The notes under the pieces are model-generated. The model searched no databases. It was not told the origin of the DNA and saw only the letters and a list, made by a program, of their open reading frames with translations. From Octopus bimaculoides (lineage: Eukaryota), in contig NC_068999.1 in NCBI RefSeq assembly GCF_001194135.2, forward strand, positions 51,904,758-51,968,757: a stretch of 64,000 nucleotides of DNA, written 5' to 3'. Below are positions 12,931 to 25,935 of this stretch, in pieces (the first letter of the stretch is position 1; every line of letters starts with the position of its first letter). The position numbers were made by a program, and so were the translations under genes.

Positions 12931-13565
12931 CTTAGAATCTAACCTTAGCTTTAATTTATATAGGCTAAAATCAAACTAATGTTCTCACTTTTTAAAGATG
13001 GCTTGATGAAATTTAGCTGCTATTTCTAGCAGTTTGAACAAGCACTTAGAAGACCAGCTCTCTATTTGGCTTCAGGCCTCAAAAGATGAGCTGATGCAAA
13101 TTATAGACAATAGCAGAACTTATCCAAATTTTGATATTATCATTTTTGAGCAGCAAGGTATCACTTTTATAGCCCAACAGTAGTGGAACCAAAGTATAAA
13201 TTTGTTTTACATCATTCATGTAAGCTAATTATTTTGTAAACAAGGTGAATTTTAATTGAAATAGCAAGTAATGAGAAGTCTGTGTGGATTATGCCCAAAG
13301 CTAGGAAAATGCATTGTTGTAAGAGTTGATTGATAAATAATTACATAAAACTGCATTAGTAGTTAAAGGGGATTTCTGTATATTAATTACTTCAGAACAA
13401 TACCCGAGCATGTAAGATATGAGAATGAAAAAAATAGAAAAGCTGAATGGAGAGAGAAAAAGAGTTTAATGAATATGATTTGAAATTAAATTTATAATCA
13501 ATCTCTTATTCAGAACATTAGTTTAGAGCCTTTATATATATATGTAGGTATATTTCTACATGCAT

Positions 13566-13880
13566 GAAGGCACATGGCTTAGTGGTTAGGGGTATTCAGC
13601 TCATGATCATGAGGTTATGTGTTCAATTCCCAGCGATGCGTTGTGTCCTTGACCAAGACACTATATTCCACATTGCTCCAGTCCACTCAGCTGGCAAAAA
13701 TGAGTAGTACCTGTATTTTGAAGAGCCGGCCTTGTCACACTCTATGTCATGCTGAATCTCCCTGAGAACTATGTTAAGGGTACACATGTCTGTGGAGTGC
13801 TCAGCCACTTGCATGTTAATTTTATGAGTTGTTCCATTGATCAGATCGACTGGAACTCTTGTCATCGTAACCAATGGCAA
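13566..13880 (+). mobile_element. Near full-length tRNA-derived SINE (family C, MetaSINE-like core)
   Basis: A box tggcttagtgg, B box gttcaattcc, then gtgtccttgaccaagacact...ttgctccagtccactcagctggc. Confidence 0.85.
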
Positions 13881-13890
13881 AATTTGAAAC

Positions 13891-13926
<36 letters not shown>

Positions 13927-13937
13927 CATCATCATCA

Positions 13938-14203
13938 TGGTGGCAAGCTGACAGAATTGTTAGCACACCAGACAAAATACTTAGCGGCATTCTGTCTGTC
14001 ATTACAGTCAAAATTCAAATTTAACCAATTATTATTATTATTATTATTATTATTAAGGTGACAAGCTAGCAGAATAATTAGTGCACCAGATAAAATTCTT
14101 GACAGCATTCTATCCTTTCAGGGTCGATAAAATAAGTGTTGGGGTTGATGTAATCAACTTATCCCCTCCCCTGAACTTGATGGCCTTGTGCCAAATTTAA
14201 AAC

Positions 14204-14204
<1 letters not shown>
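13938..14204 (+). mobile_element. Two stacked family B SINE pieces separated by (ATT)n tails
   Basis: ggtggcaagctgacagaattgttagcac (about 13939) and ggtgacaagctagcagaataattagtgc (about 14057) heads; ccttgtgccaaatttaaaacc 3' end. Confidence 0.7.

Positions 14205-14266
<62 letters not shown>
14205..14266. repeat. (ATT)n microsatellite (SINE tail)
   Basis: Read directly from the sequence. Confidence 0.95.
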
Positions 14267-14844
14267 CCAGACATAATTAAGACATTTGTTTTAATCTGAT
14301 TGGTATTTATTAATAGGTTTCCTTATATTATTTTCATACATAGACAACTGCACATAGATAAAGAAAGTCTCTCTCTCTCTCTTCCTTATGTCCATTCCTC
14401 CCTCCTTGCATACACATCTGTTGGAGCAGTCTACTTTCATACACTATCTTGCAGCACTTTGGACTTGCAATCAATAAGTTTAATATCCTCCTTTTGGACT
14501 GATCTTATTTTCTTTTGTTATTTTATTTTTGTATTTATCCTTGTTGCACAACATAAAAGATAAGAAATAGTTTATTTTAGTTAATTAGTGACCAATGTGT
14601 TTTCAGTTTTGGGACTCATTCAAAACTCTGTTGAGATGACCTTTCACTCAAACCGTTATTGTTCAACTTCAGCTATAATTTATTAGATTCCATTTAGCTT
14701 TGCTGTACACCAGTGAATGTAACCAACATTGCATTGTCATCAATATTTCCTTAATAAATGTGTCCAGTTGGGCATTAGGAATTTAGATCTCTTTAGCTGC
14801 TGTCATAACTTTTTTATGCTCATTCTCAATGGTTGATTATTACA

Positions 14845-14846
<2 letters not shown>

Positions 14847-14883
<37 letters not shown>

Positions 14884-14898
14884 GCGTGCGTGCGTGCA
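14847..14898. repeat. (TG)n/(TGCG)n microsatellite
   Basis: Read directly from the sequence. Confidence 0.95.
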
Positions 14899-15369
14899 TG
14901 TTCCATCCATGAAGCTGTTACATTTGTCAGTTCTAGACCAGAAGTAGTCTTTTTTTTTTCTTTTTCTTGTTATTGCTGTATTGAATTCTGCCAAGAAGGG
15001 TTTGTGAAGGATAATCAATTCATTCACTCTTGAAATATTCATTCATTACAAAATTGGCATAATGTTTGCACAATTGCTTAACTATTTGGCAATAGAAACA
15101 AACCACAATGCTCATAACAAGATTTCCCAGCTTATTATTAGCTTTATATCTCTTGCATTACATTTTTAGCTCTAGCCTGATATTATTTAAATAAAAATAA
15201 AAAACTGCCATCAAATTATGCTAGATTGAAGTACGTAACTTTCTTTCATGATATGATATTGACCAACAAATTAGGGAGCACAGAAAAAGAAGTACCAAAA
15301 GTTTTGGTGGTTGTTAAGAAAAACCTTTCTTCTGGTGACATGCTACTTGTATTTTATTCATTTTGATTT

Positions 15370-15790
15370 TATCATCATCCTCATTTTACATCCATTTTTC
15401 TATGCTTGCTTGAGTTGGATTGGCCCTTTCCATCACAGCATTCATCCATTTGTTGCATTTCTTTCTAATCTCTTTTTGTGAGGTTCAGCATCCCAAGATC
15501 AGCTTTCACTGCTTCCACCCTTTTCATCCTTGGTCTTCCTTCTCTGCTGAAGCATTCCACATGGATGTCTTGGTGTTTCTTTACACATCTGTCATCATCC
15601 TTACACATTACAGATTCATACCAGTTCAGCCCCTCTTGCACACTATATCTGATTCATCTTCTCCACAGTTTTTCTTTCACCTCATGTATAAAGTGGTATC
15701 TTCATACGTACTTCAACTGTTTATTTGTTCTGTTTCTTTTTTAAATTGTATTTCCATTGTCTTAGAACATTGTTCCATTTGTTGTTCTTG
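15370..15790 (-). mobile_element. RTE-clade LINE 3' remnant (RT C-terminal region plus tail)
   Basis: The reverse frame reads EKLWRR*IRYSVQEGLNWYESVMCKDDDRCVKK...GRPRMKRVEAVKADL, like the RTE motif RLRWYGHVMR...GRPRKTWDEVVRKDL; ends in a gatgatgat-type tail. Confidence 0.8.
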
Positions 15791-15972
15791 ACCTCAGGAA
15801 TATGTCTTTCATTTTTTCTCTTTAGTTTCAGTATAAAGCTGTTCACGAACTAAATCTTTCTAATAATTTAAATGCATTGTTTAATAGAAATGTTTTAATA
15901 TATGTCAAAATGAAGTTTCACTTGGCCCTTTGATGATCCTCATAGACTGAATTTAATTTTGAACGTTTGAAT

Positions 15973-16215
15973 AGGCTCAGGTGTGGCTGTATGGTTAAGA
16001 AGCTTGCTTCCCAACCATGTGGTCTTGGGTTCAGTCCCACTGCACAGTACTCTGTCCAAGTGTCTTTGATTATAGCCCTGAGTTGACCAAAGCCTTGTGA
16101 GTGGATTGGTTAATCAAAACTGAAAGAAGCTTGTTATGTGTGTGTGTTTATGTGTGCATGCACCCTTGTCAAGATTTCAAATGATGGTTGTAAATTAGCA
16201 TCAACATGAGCAAAA
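15973..16215 (+). mobile_element. Family A tRNA-derived SINE
   Basis: gtggctgtatggttaagaagcttgcttcccaaccatgtggtcttgggttcagtcccactgc...gaccaaagccttgtgagtggat. Confidence 0.8.
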
Positions 16216-17379
16216 CAGGTTTCTTGCTGTAGAAGAGATACATAGTTACTCAGATTTTAGAAGAGAGAGTGGTGATGATGATGATAATGATGATGATGTA
16301 TGTGTATTGGTCACTCTTCAGCTTTCCAGCTGAGGGAGTTAAGTAATACTGAAACATGTCTATTACTTTTGCCAGTTAGCTCTAAAGACCAAATCCACTC
16401 AGGTGTACATTGTCTATAATACTTCACATATCTGATCTTATTGAAGTTATCTTCCGTGTTTCTGGGATTTCAGATGCCACTCAGCAGTTTTCATCTACTG
16501 ATTTCTTAGAATAACCACAGTTGATCAAAGTTTTTCAGCTCGCTGCATTACATCTGTTGATGTATCTGTAACAGAAATTTTCTAATAATCCATTCGGTCT
16601 TCAAACATCTACTTAATAAAAATTATTCAGTAGTCATGTTCAAAATGTTATTCAAATTCTTCTATTCTTTGAATCCAATCTTTCATTTATGATTTTCCTT
16701 CTTTCTTTCAAAAATCTACATTATCTTTCTCGAATAATATATCAGAATTGACTTTCTATAAATTTGCAGAGCCCCCCCCCCCTTTTTTTTAAAGTTTTTT
16801 TTTTTTTATTTTTATTTTTTATTTACTATCACATAGATTGAGTAGAAAAGATTTCTTTACACGTGTTCTTCCATGAGGAAATGAATATATTCTAAAGAAA
16901 TTCTTCTAGCAGTGTTGCTTTTATTTATTTATTTTTTTTTTTTGCTTTTATATTTTTCTCTCATCATTCTCTTATTATTTGAAGCTCCATTTGCAGTAGC
17001 AGAGAGCAGGTGAATTTTATTTCAATATGTATCTGATAATCATTTCCATTTTAGGTTTACTTTTGGGCTGCTGGTTTCTTTCAGGTCTTACACTCATCGT
17101 CGTTAGCTTTGAAATCAATGGTTGCAATGATTAGATAGAACTTCTGATTGGCTTGCAATATTATGTATTATTGATTTCTAACCTATATTAGAAGACTTCG
17201 GATTTTTAGGACATATTGTATGGTATTGTCCAGCAGGACAATAGTCACATAGGATAGATAGTGTGTTCTCAATGCACTTGTAGAGTTATAACAAGCAAGT
17301 AGCAGTAAGACTACCATGTATGTGTATGTATGTAAATATGCATGTATTTATATATGCATGTGAATTTGTATACAATTAA

Positions 17380-17422
<43 letters not shown>

Positions 17423-17485
17423 CATATATATATACACAAATATATATAAATACACACACACACACATACACACAAATTTATTTAT

Positions 17486-17865
17486 AGGTGCAGGCATGGT
17501 TGTGAGGTAAGAACGTTGCGTTCCAACCACATGGTTCTTGGTTCAGTCTCACTATGCGACACCTTGGGCAAGTGTCTTCTGCTATAGCCTCGAGCCAACC
17601 AAAGCCTTGTGAGTGGGTTTGGTAGATGGAAACTGAAAGAAGCCTGTTGTGTGTGTGCGTATTTGTTCCCTACCACTGCTTGACAACCAGTGTTGGTGTG
17701 TTTACATCCCCATAACCTAGTTGTTCTGCAGAAGAGATTGGTAAAATAAGTACCAAGCTTTAAAGAAAAAAAGGTACTGGAGTTGATTCATTCAACTAAA
17801 TATTATTCAAGATGGTGCCCCAGTATGGCCAAGTCTATTGTCTGAAACAAGTACAAAGTACAAGA
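17486..17865 (+). mobile_element. Full-length family A tRNA-derived SINE
   Basis: Head with A/B boxes, core, central (TG)n, and 3' half ending gccccagtatggcc...ctgaaacaagtacaaag. Confidence 0.9.
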
Positions 17866-17899
17866 TATACATATACAAATATTCCTCACACACACACAC

Positions 17900-18000
17900 T
17901 TAAATGTACCAAATTTCACTCATAAGATTATTCAACCCAAAGCTATAGTAGATGGCATTTGTCCAGGTGTCGCACAGTGGGATTGAACCCAGAACAACAT
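17900..18000 (-). mobile_element. Family A SINE head, inverted relative to 17486-17865
   Basis: gctatagtagatggcatttgtccaggtgtcgcacagtgggattgaacccagaac is the reverse complement of the head. Confidence 0.7.
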
Positions 18001-18704
18001 ATATATGTGTGTGTGTGTGTGTGTGTGTAATCATCACTATAAAACACCTTACTTTGCTTGCATGGGTCACATGGAATTTGTTGAGGCAAATTTTCTATGG
18101 CTGGATTCTCTTCCTGTCACCAACCCTCACCTGATTCCCTTGTCTGTATCTGTTTCCACAGACAACTAGAAACAAATTACACTGCTTTTATGATGGCAGT
18201 ACTTGCAACTCTCATGTAATGTCAAGACAAGCCCCCCCACACACACACACACACACCAGATCTGTATACCAAATTTCACATGAAATCAATCAACCCAAAG
18301 TTATAGTTGACAACATAATTGTGAAGTGAACTTCTTAGATTACGTGACCATACCTGCTTATGTACAAAAAAACCTATTATTTCATTAATATTTTAATTAA
18401 TATTGGTTCAAATATCTTTTACAGTAAAGATATTGGGAAGTACATATCACATGTAAGCATAATTCTTTTGGTGATGGGGATGGATTGGTGGTTGTTTTTA
18501 GATATCGACACATGTTAAATACAAACTGTAATAATTTTGACTGTACAAATAATTGCTAGAAGCAAGATAATTAGCATACCATAACAGTTAATTGTACTTT
18601 TAACTTCCTTGATTATGTTGTTATTTCAATCACAATAGCTAAATTTGTGAATCTAGTTTCCATTCTCCATTCAGTATTACAATCTCTGTTATTTCTAGAC
18701 TTGA

Positions 18705-18895
18705 ATCTTTAGCATTCAGACTGACCATATCCAGCCCTAATGTTATACCTTTTTCTATGTTCAAACCAGACAGATCTGGCCTCTCACATCTATCCTACAA
18801 TGTCATTCTAAAAAGAAACAATCACATCATCAAAATCTTCAAGCTTGAAGGTAATGCATAATTAATTCAAAACAATGTGAATAAGTATTCAAACC
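18705..18895. mobile_element. Truncated copy of piggyBac-like MITE P1
   Basis: tttagcattcaga...agatctggcctctcacatctatcctacaa...ttaattcaaaacaatgtgaataa aligns with 8049-8268. Confidence 0.75.
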
Positions 18896-19511
18896 AAGTT
18901 CCCAGTCTGAGGATACCTCCCTCCAGTCGTGGAGGCTTTTCAAAAGAGTCACACCTACCAACCTTTCTCTTAACTAAATAATACCAAAAAGATGTTAAAA
19001 AGAATTTTTTAAATCAAACATTTAAGTATCTATTTTTTCAGTTTTCCTCCAATTATTTATATAAGATATAATTTTATAAAAATTCATTATACCTTTTATC
19101 AAATGATGAGTGCTTCCTAGGCAGTTATTGATTATCAAGACATTAGCTGGTGGTTTGATTTCTAGTTTTATTTGTTATTTAACCTTTCCCTCTATCTGTT
19201 AGTATTAGTATGCAGCTAGACTAGAGTGAAAGTAGTATGGCATTGCCACAAATGGTAAGTAGAAAACGTATACTAGTACTACCATAATCCATTATTGATA
19301 AGATTGATTAGCTCTTCTATTGTTCAGCTTGCAGATAATGTAGAAAGTAGCATTATGTATTTTAGTTGCTTTAGTTTGTGTTAGTGTATATAATAGAAAT
19401 TAATGTTTTGGCAAGTTGTTAATGAAAATAAGGTCACCTGAGTTATAGTTTTTGATATTCAACACTGCTGGATATATGTATATAGTTTTGTAAAATTTAC
19501 AAATGAGCATG

Positions 19512-19670
19512 GAGGCACAGGTGTGACTATGGTGTAAGAAGTTTGCTTCCCAAATGGTTCTGTGTTCAGTCCCACTGAGTAACACCTTTGGCAAGTGTTT
19601 TCTGTTATAGCTTTGGACCAACAACCTTGTGAGTGGATTTGGTAGACAGAAACTGAAAGAAGCTTATCAT
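19512..19670 (+). mobile_element. Family A SINE 5' half
   Basis: ggtgtaagaagtttgcttccc...gttcagtcccactg...ccttgtgagtggatttggtagacagaaactgaaagaagc. Confidence 0.8.
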
Positions 19671-19676
19671 ATATAT

Positions 19677-19990
19677 ATTCAGGATGCAGTGAATAAAGTG
19701 TCATCTAAATTACGCAAAAATGAAAATAACACTGACATCTCATTTTAAGATATATTTACCAAAATTACATAAAAATATCTTGAAATACTAAAGAGTAAAA
19801 TTTATTCAATAAAATCGCCATTGGCTTCAACCACAGCCTTCAGACGACTTCAGAATCTTCTGCAACACTTCTGGACAGTCTTCTTGTTGAAGTTGGTGAA
19901 TGCTGCCATAATCCTTGCCTTCAGTTCATCTTTGGTGTTACAAGAAGTTTTTTTAGTCTCTCGTAAAACTGTGCCACGCACATGTTTTGG
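19677..19990 (-). mobile_element. Tc1/mariner transposon 3' remnant (transposase C-terminus), adjoining the SINE (TA)n tract
   Basis: The reverse frame reads HVRGTVLRETKKTSCNTKDELKARIMAAFTNFNKKTVQKCCRRF*SRLKAVVEANGDFIE* (stop at 19802-19804), resembling the Tc1-like C-terminus RLEAVVEANG. Confidence 0.8.
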
Positions 19991-21299
19991 GGATATGGCC
20001 AGCCAACTGTCTTTCTGTGTTCACCATCTGTTCTTATTAGAGCTTCCAGTACAAATGCCAAGCAGTACAGTATATCATTTCTGGCAGAGTGAATTGTGTC
20101 ATGGTGCTGTTTGTCTCACAGATGGGGCCCAACTGACCCTATTATACTGTATAGTCAACAAAATCAAAAATAAACAATGCGCATGCACAAAATTAAAGGT
20201 TTCATGGTCTGCTTTGGCTTGGTTTCATGGTCTGCTATGGCTGGATGCCCTTCTGCTCCTTAGTGTATTGGGTGCTTTTTAATGTGGCACCATCACAATT
20301 CATAATGCACCCCCCCCCCTCTTTAATTCTTAGGGTTCATACCCATATAAGAAGACAGCAAGTGTAGCGAAAACTTTGTTACACATGGAACCACATATAT
20401 TTCTTAAAGGGACAAATGAGGTGAAGATATGCTGTTCTGAGATCAAAGATAGTGAGTGTATAAACCAGATCTGCACATACAAAGTTGAATACCAAACTAG
20501 TTGTGATAGATTGCAAAATGTTTTCATTGAAATCTTTAAATTTTTAAATACCTTCTTTTGAAAATAAGAGATCTGGATGAAATCATATTTCATACATCCA
20601 TTGAAATTATCACTATAGTAGTAATAAAAGTTAGTTAAATATTAAATTAAATTTTACAATTACAGAAATGTAATTTTTCAATGACATTGTCGACTGTCAC
20701 ATTTAAGATCTTTTATTGCACTGTATTAATATTTCTAACATATTAGAAAATGGTTATGTACATGCTATATATTGAGTCAATTAATAGTAATGCCTGTATT
20801 GATTTTTAAATGTATTTCCGAGGTTTATTAGATGGATGTTCTCAAGTTCAATTACTCTGCTTTGCACACTTATCTTTATCAGTATATCAAGGTTATCAAA
20901 GATTAAATAAGATATTAGAAATGAATGGAGAAAATTGTATAATTTCTCTTAATTACGCTTCCAGACTCTAACTGGTGTGTATTTGCTTTTATTCCAGTTC
21001 TGTTCACTTTCTGGTATATAAGGCTCATCATCATCATCATCAATAGAATTTAATAATTGTTAGCATATAAAGTAGGTGAAAGTGTGTGGCCAAATGATTA
21101 GAGTGTTGCTCCTGTGATCATAAGATTGTGGTTTCAATTTCCAAAACAGGCAGTGTGTTGTGTGAGGGGCAATGTTGTGATCTTGGTTATTTATACACGA
21201 CAGAAACCAGGCAACTAACCCTTTGAGTTCTAGGACGCAAAACAGGAATTGCTGATAATGATTATTTATGACTGGATTTGCTTCGATATTTTTTGCTTG

Positions 21300-21660
21300 C
21301 TTACTACTTGTGGCAGCCCATGAAAGGTGATGACATTCATCCTCCTCCACCTCCAGCACATTATTCCTCATGAGAGTGAACGTGGCTAACAAGACTGACT
21401 CAAGTGAAGCAGATCCTCTGGCACTGAGGGCACTGAAAGGGGATTAATGATGTCTCCTCCTCTCTTCTTCCTGCATTTGGTTTCAAAGTGTTTCACTCCA
21501 GCATCACACACCAACCTCCATGCTTTCTGATTAACAACTAGGGGCTTCAACTAATTGGGAGGGATACCACGTAAGATGAGAGACTGCTGGAGATGATCAT
21601 GGAAACAAAGTTTTGGACACCCATGAGGTCTACTTCCAGTCTCTATCTCGCTGAAGAGAC
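21300..21660 (-). mobile_element. RTE-clade LINE 3' remnant with C-terminal C2H2 zinc finger
   Basis: The reverse frame reads LFSEIETGSRPHGCPKLCFHDHLQQSLILRGIPPN*LKPLVVNQKAWRLVCDAGVKHFE, then FQCPQCQRICFT*VSLVSHVHSHEE*. Confidence 0.8.
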
Positions 21661-22744
21661 ATCATATATAAAGACTTAGTTACTTATTTCTTGATACTTC
21701 TACATCTATGTTCTAAATGTAAACAGACTCACTGTCTCGCTTGTAAGATCAAACTATCTAATTTAGATGGATGAAAGTAGCTTCCATGTAATTTGTAGCG
21801 CATCTGTCTGGGTTACAGAAGATACATGGTTCAAGTATCATAGATAGCTTTCCACCTTTTTGTTTTTTTCCATCCATGGGTTTTTAAACCAATGGATTAT
21901 ATATAATTATTAAAAGCTGAATTCACTTTGAGATACCTTGTTTACATATTTCTCAATTCTCTTACATTTATGTTCAAAATGTAATAGATTTTGCATTGTG
22001 ATTCTTTGATATGATACGAAAACCTTTAAACATAAATTCAGGAATATTATTTGAAGACCGCCTAGAAAAACATTCTCTTTTAAATGCTTAAAACAATCTG
22101 GATTGAAATTTTTGTTTGTATACATAACAGAATAAACAATATTTCGGTTAAGATTGAATCCATCGGTTCTGTATGATAGCTGTTTTCTTTTGATTAGTTA
22201 TGAAGTCTCTATTGATTTTCTTATATTTGGGAAATTTATGCCTTCCAGTTATTTTGCATATTGGATTCAAAATAAATTTACTTTTCTCATATTTCATTTC
22301 AATTCGTTTCATTTTAATATTAGATGTTAAGCAAATGTAAATAAGAGAATACCACTAGAAATTGTTGTTGTTGTTATTATTATTATCAGTTTACAAAATT
22401 ATTTCATTGGTGTTTTCAAAATGCCGTTCAAGATATGAAGTCACTTAATTCTTTAAGACCAGCGGTTAAAAGATAAAATTTATGTTCTACAGATTTAAAG
22501 GTCAACATGGCAATTTTGATTGCTTCATTCAATCAAGATTGTAAATTAGGGAGCGTCATCTTACATATGTAATGCAATGATTTAAAAATTTTCAATCAAC
22601 TGAGTTTATCCCAGCAATTAATAAGCAAAAATTCTCTCTAAGATTGTTTAAAATCTAAAAACAAATAAGCAAAAGAGATAACTGTACTGAAATCATTTGA
22701 TGAAAATATTTGGATAATATAAACAGTCTTAAGAGGAATTTTTT

Positions 22745-23115
22745 GCATGCAATAGTAGAGTTAGTCCTTTTGTAGGGAGCAACAGCCTAAATGCTTACCA
22801 AAAAACTAGAAACCAAGCTTACATTCAAATGTTAGGAGCAGTTTTAAACATATCTTTGGGAACTCATCCCACCAAGAAACAGCTATATGGAGATCTCCTG
22901 TTTGTTTCCACCATTATAAGGGAGAGGTGCTTGCACTTTGGAAGACATTGCTGGTGAGCTAAAGAAGTGTTGGTATGTGACCTTCTGCTATGGATGCCAA
23001 AGCAAGGCCATACTCAAGCAGGCTTTTCGAACACAACGTATGTAGATCAACTCACCACAAACACTGGATGCTTCCCTGAAGACCTCCCTCATCTAATGCA
23101 GGATCAACAGAAGAC
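22745..23115 (+). mobile_element. RTE/RTEX-like LINE remnant (RT thumb region)
   Basis: Reads QMLGAVLNISLGTHPTKKQLYGDLLFVSTIIRERCLHFGRHCW*AKEVLVCDLLLWMPKQGHTQAGFSNTTYVDQL; includes ORF 22967..23179. Confidence 0.8.
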
Positions 23116-23519
23116 AATAGGAAACCATTGTCATATGTTTCTCTTGAAAAAAATCATGAATTTTCAGGCTTTGGCATAATTGCCAACTCCTGTAGGCATG
23201 GCACATGAAGAGAGAAAAAAGCTGATTTATGAGTAGTGCATATAAAATGTTAAGAGCGAATAGAAAGAAAAAGAAATTACTTCTAGATTTGGCACCTTCA
23301 CCAAAACTACAGCACATTTTGAGGAAGAGCTCAGGAAATGTAATTAAGTTAGAATTGAGGAAAATGAGCTCACATAACAGAAAATGCTAAGAGAAATTCT
23401 GTTTTGTGGACACATCTCAGTATAGACAAATGTGTTAAAACATGATGGTGAGAAAGATGAAATGAAAATGTTGAAAAAATTGTTTTGATTGCCCTTCTCA
23501 CTTCTGTAGTCCTTAATGT

Positions 23520-24035
23520 TATAATAGCTGAATCTAGGCTGCCTAGAAGAACTAGAAGATGGCTTAGTTTTTATCATTGAATCAATATTAGCATTGCAGG
23601 AAAATATGAACTCTGGTTATGAAAACTGAAAGTCAACATGGTTAACAGTTAAGTATTGGTTGAATAATAGATATTATCACTTTTATACCACACTTGAAAA
23701 ACTACTGGTAATTGGTCATGAAGAGAATATAGTAAAAAAGTCAATAGACACTCAATACTATGTAGACCATGCAATCAATGAAAGCAAGATGAGGAAGCTA
23801 GCAACAGTGAATCATCAGTTTAAGTTCATTAAATATACTACTGGTGCAACCAATAGGGACAGCAGCCATGGTTTGAAGGCTATGAACTGCTGTGATGGTT
23901 CATTCAGTATAGTTAGATGTTGTTACTTGAACAATCTAATCAGTACCAAGGTCATCTTATTGGTAGTTTGGTATTATATTGAAATAACATTGGGTCTGGG
24001 AGAAATGAGGTAACTACTACTTTACTGTAAATACA
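23520..24035 (+). mobile_element. Heavily decayed RTE reverse-transcriptase core fragment
   Basis: LEDGLVFIIESILALQEN resembles YADDLVLIAESxxELEEK; KVNMVNS*VLV resembles RVNMxKTKVLV; ends near a WEK...R*LLLLL stretch resembling WxKFRELLPLL. Includes ORF 23660..24013. Confidence 0.55.
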
Positions 24036-24044
24036 GTTAGTTGT

Positions 24045-24260
24045 CATCATCATCATCATTATCATTGTTTCAGAGCCCACATTTCCATGCTTGCATGGGC
24101 CAGGCAGTGTCTGTTGAGACAAACTTACAGCCAAAAGTCCTTCCTGTCACCAACCCATATCTGTTTCCAAGCAAAGTAACATTTTGCCATGGCCAGACAT
24201 GTTTTCCCAGAATATTAGAAATGAATGACACTCCTACAATCATGTGATGTCAAGACAAGG
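24045..24260 (-). mobile_element. RTE-type 3' tail repeat
   Basis: (CAT)n...tttccatgcttgcatggg...cttcctgtcaccaaccc...tttccaagcaaagtaacatttt motif is shared with many copies in the window. Confidence 0.65.
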
Positions 24261-24882
24261 GCATGCACACTCACACAATTGAGGAGTTGCTTTTAGTTTC
24301 TGCTAACCAAATCCATTTACAAGGCTTTGGTCAGCTCAATGTGGTTGGGAAACAAACTTCTAAACTGCATAGAGTATCAAATATAAACAACACTAAAATT
24401 ACAATAGCAACAGAATGCAGTATCTCCTTACCCAAAAGACTGATTTGCATATTCACTAATGAACAACTGTTGCACTGCAACTGAGTGTAACTTCTACTGT
24501 GGCTACCCTGTGCTGTGACCACCATCAGAACCTTCAAACATAACCAAATACAGCACAGAGGATAAAAAACATGGTTTGACTGTTCCACATTACCCTGCCC
24601 AATAAACTGCTACATGACTAAGTTAATAGTATGGCCTGCCAACTGGCAGGAAAAGCATGATATATCAGGGACAAAGGATTTGTGGATTGTACCTAGTTAT
24701 TTAGCTGACTACCTCTTTGCCATTGGTGTGCTCAAGCAAGGTTGATCTGAGATGTTTAAACAACACCAAGAAACATGTTTAGTCAATCCAACTTTTGTTA
24801 ACTTCTTTTTATGTTACCTCACCTAATGTGAACTCTACTATTATCTCTACATCGGTAACCACTAATCTTCTTTATATATACA

Positions 24883-24982
24883 TACACACACACACACACA
24901 CACACAAACATACACACACACACACACACACACAAACATACACACACATACACACACACACACACACAAACATACACACACA
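24883..24982. repeat. Interrupted (CA)n microsatellite
   Basis: Read directly from the sequence. Confidence 0.9.
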
Positions 24983-25694
24983 CTTCGTCTATGCTCTCTT
25001 AATCTCTATATTTTAGCACATACTTCAAACAGCTAGCATAAGAACTGACAATTTTTTTAAAACTTGTAAAACTTTTTTTAAGAGTTAAAATACAGATCTG
25101 CAGTTATATTTTATTATTTAGAGAGAGAAAAAAAAATTAGATTAGAATATTTCATACCAAAACTAGCAACTTAGTAATATTTCTTGTCCTAACCAAAATG
25201 TATTGATCTTGTCTTAAGTGTTTACCTGCACATTTTTTTCTTTCTTTTCTCTTTCTTTTTATTTTTTTTATTATATTTTCTAGTTTAGCTTAGGTGCTAT
25301 ATTTTCACTTATGTAGATTTTTTGTAGATTGAACACTTAGAATTTATTTTCACTCATTAGGTTTCAGCACTTATATTCATTAAACAGCTTTCTTATAGGA
25401 CAGCAATGTGCTAATGTCAATAACTTCACCAATTTGCATTACTTAGATACTAAGTCATCACAGGTCTGGTCTTTTAATTCAGTTCAGTTTGTATTGTAAC
25501 GTATCCTTAAATCTCTTCACTGAGTGGTGATGCTGTTTAGTCCCTGATCAACTCTGATTAGCAGCTTAATGATAAAAATATTTCAGATTGAAAGAAATTT
25601 GGTTGCTATTTCTTGCAGGTCAGGTGACCTTAAGACTTCCTATTTGAGTCATTTTCTGTATTGTTTTTTTTTTTAAAACATCAAGAATAATTCT

Positions 25695-25935
25695 TATCAG
25701 TGAATTTGGTAGACAGAAACTGTTTGGAAACCTATTGTATGTGTCTGTGTTTCCTCCTCCACTCCTTGACAACTGGTATCAGTTTGTTTACACCCCTCTA
25801 ACTTAGTGGTCCAGCAAAAGAGAGCAATAGAATAAGTACCAGACTTCAATATAAGTACTGGGGTCGATTTGTTTGATTAAACACTTCACAGCGGTGCCCC
25901 AGCATGGCCACTGACTGAAACAAGTAAAAGGAGAA
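25695..25935 (+). mobile_element. Family A SINE 3' half
   Basis: ccttgacaactggtatcagtttgtttacacccc...gggtcgatttgtttg...gccccagcatggccac..gactgaaacaagtaaaag. Confidence 0.8.

Noticed and set aside
13566-13640. tRNA-like A/B boxes here and in other SINE heads
   Set aside because: No complete cloverleaf, and each continues into a shared SINE body, so they are not tRNA genes.
15420-15791. Hydrophobic 123-aa ORF that could be mistaken for a membrane protein
   Set aside because: Antisense to a purine-rich RTE remnant.
16985-17015. ttgcag-tagcagagagcag-gtgaat possible microexon
   Set aside because: Poor pyrimidine tract next to the AG, mediocre donor, no other support.
19821-20282. 153-aa + strand ORF
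   Set aside because: It is the antisense frame of the decayed Tc1/mariner transposase on the - strand.
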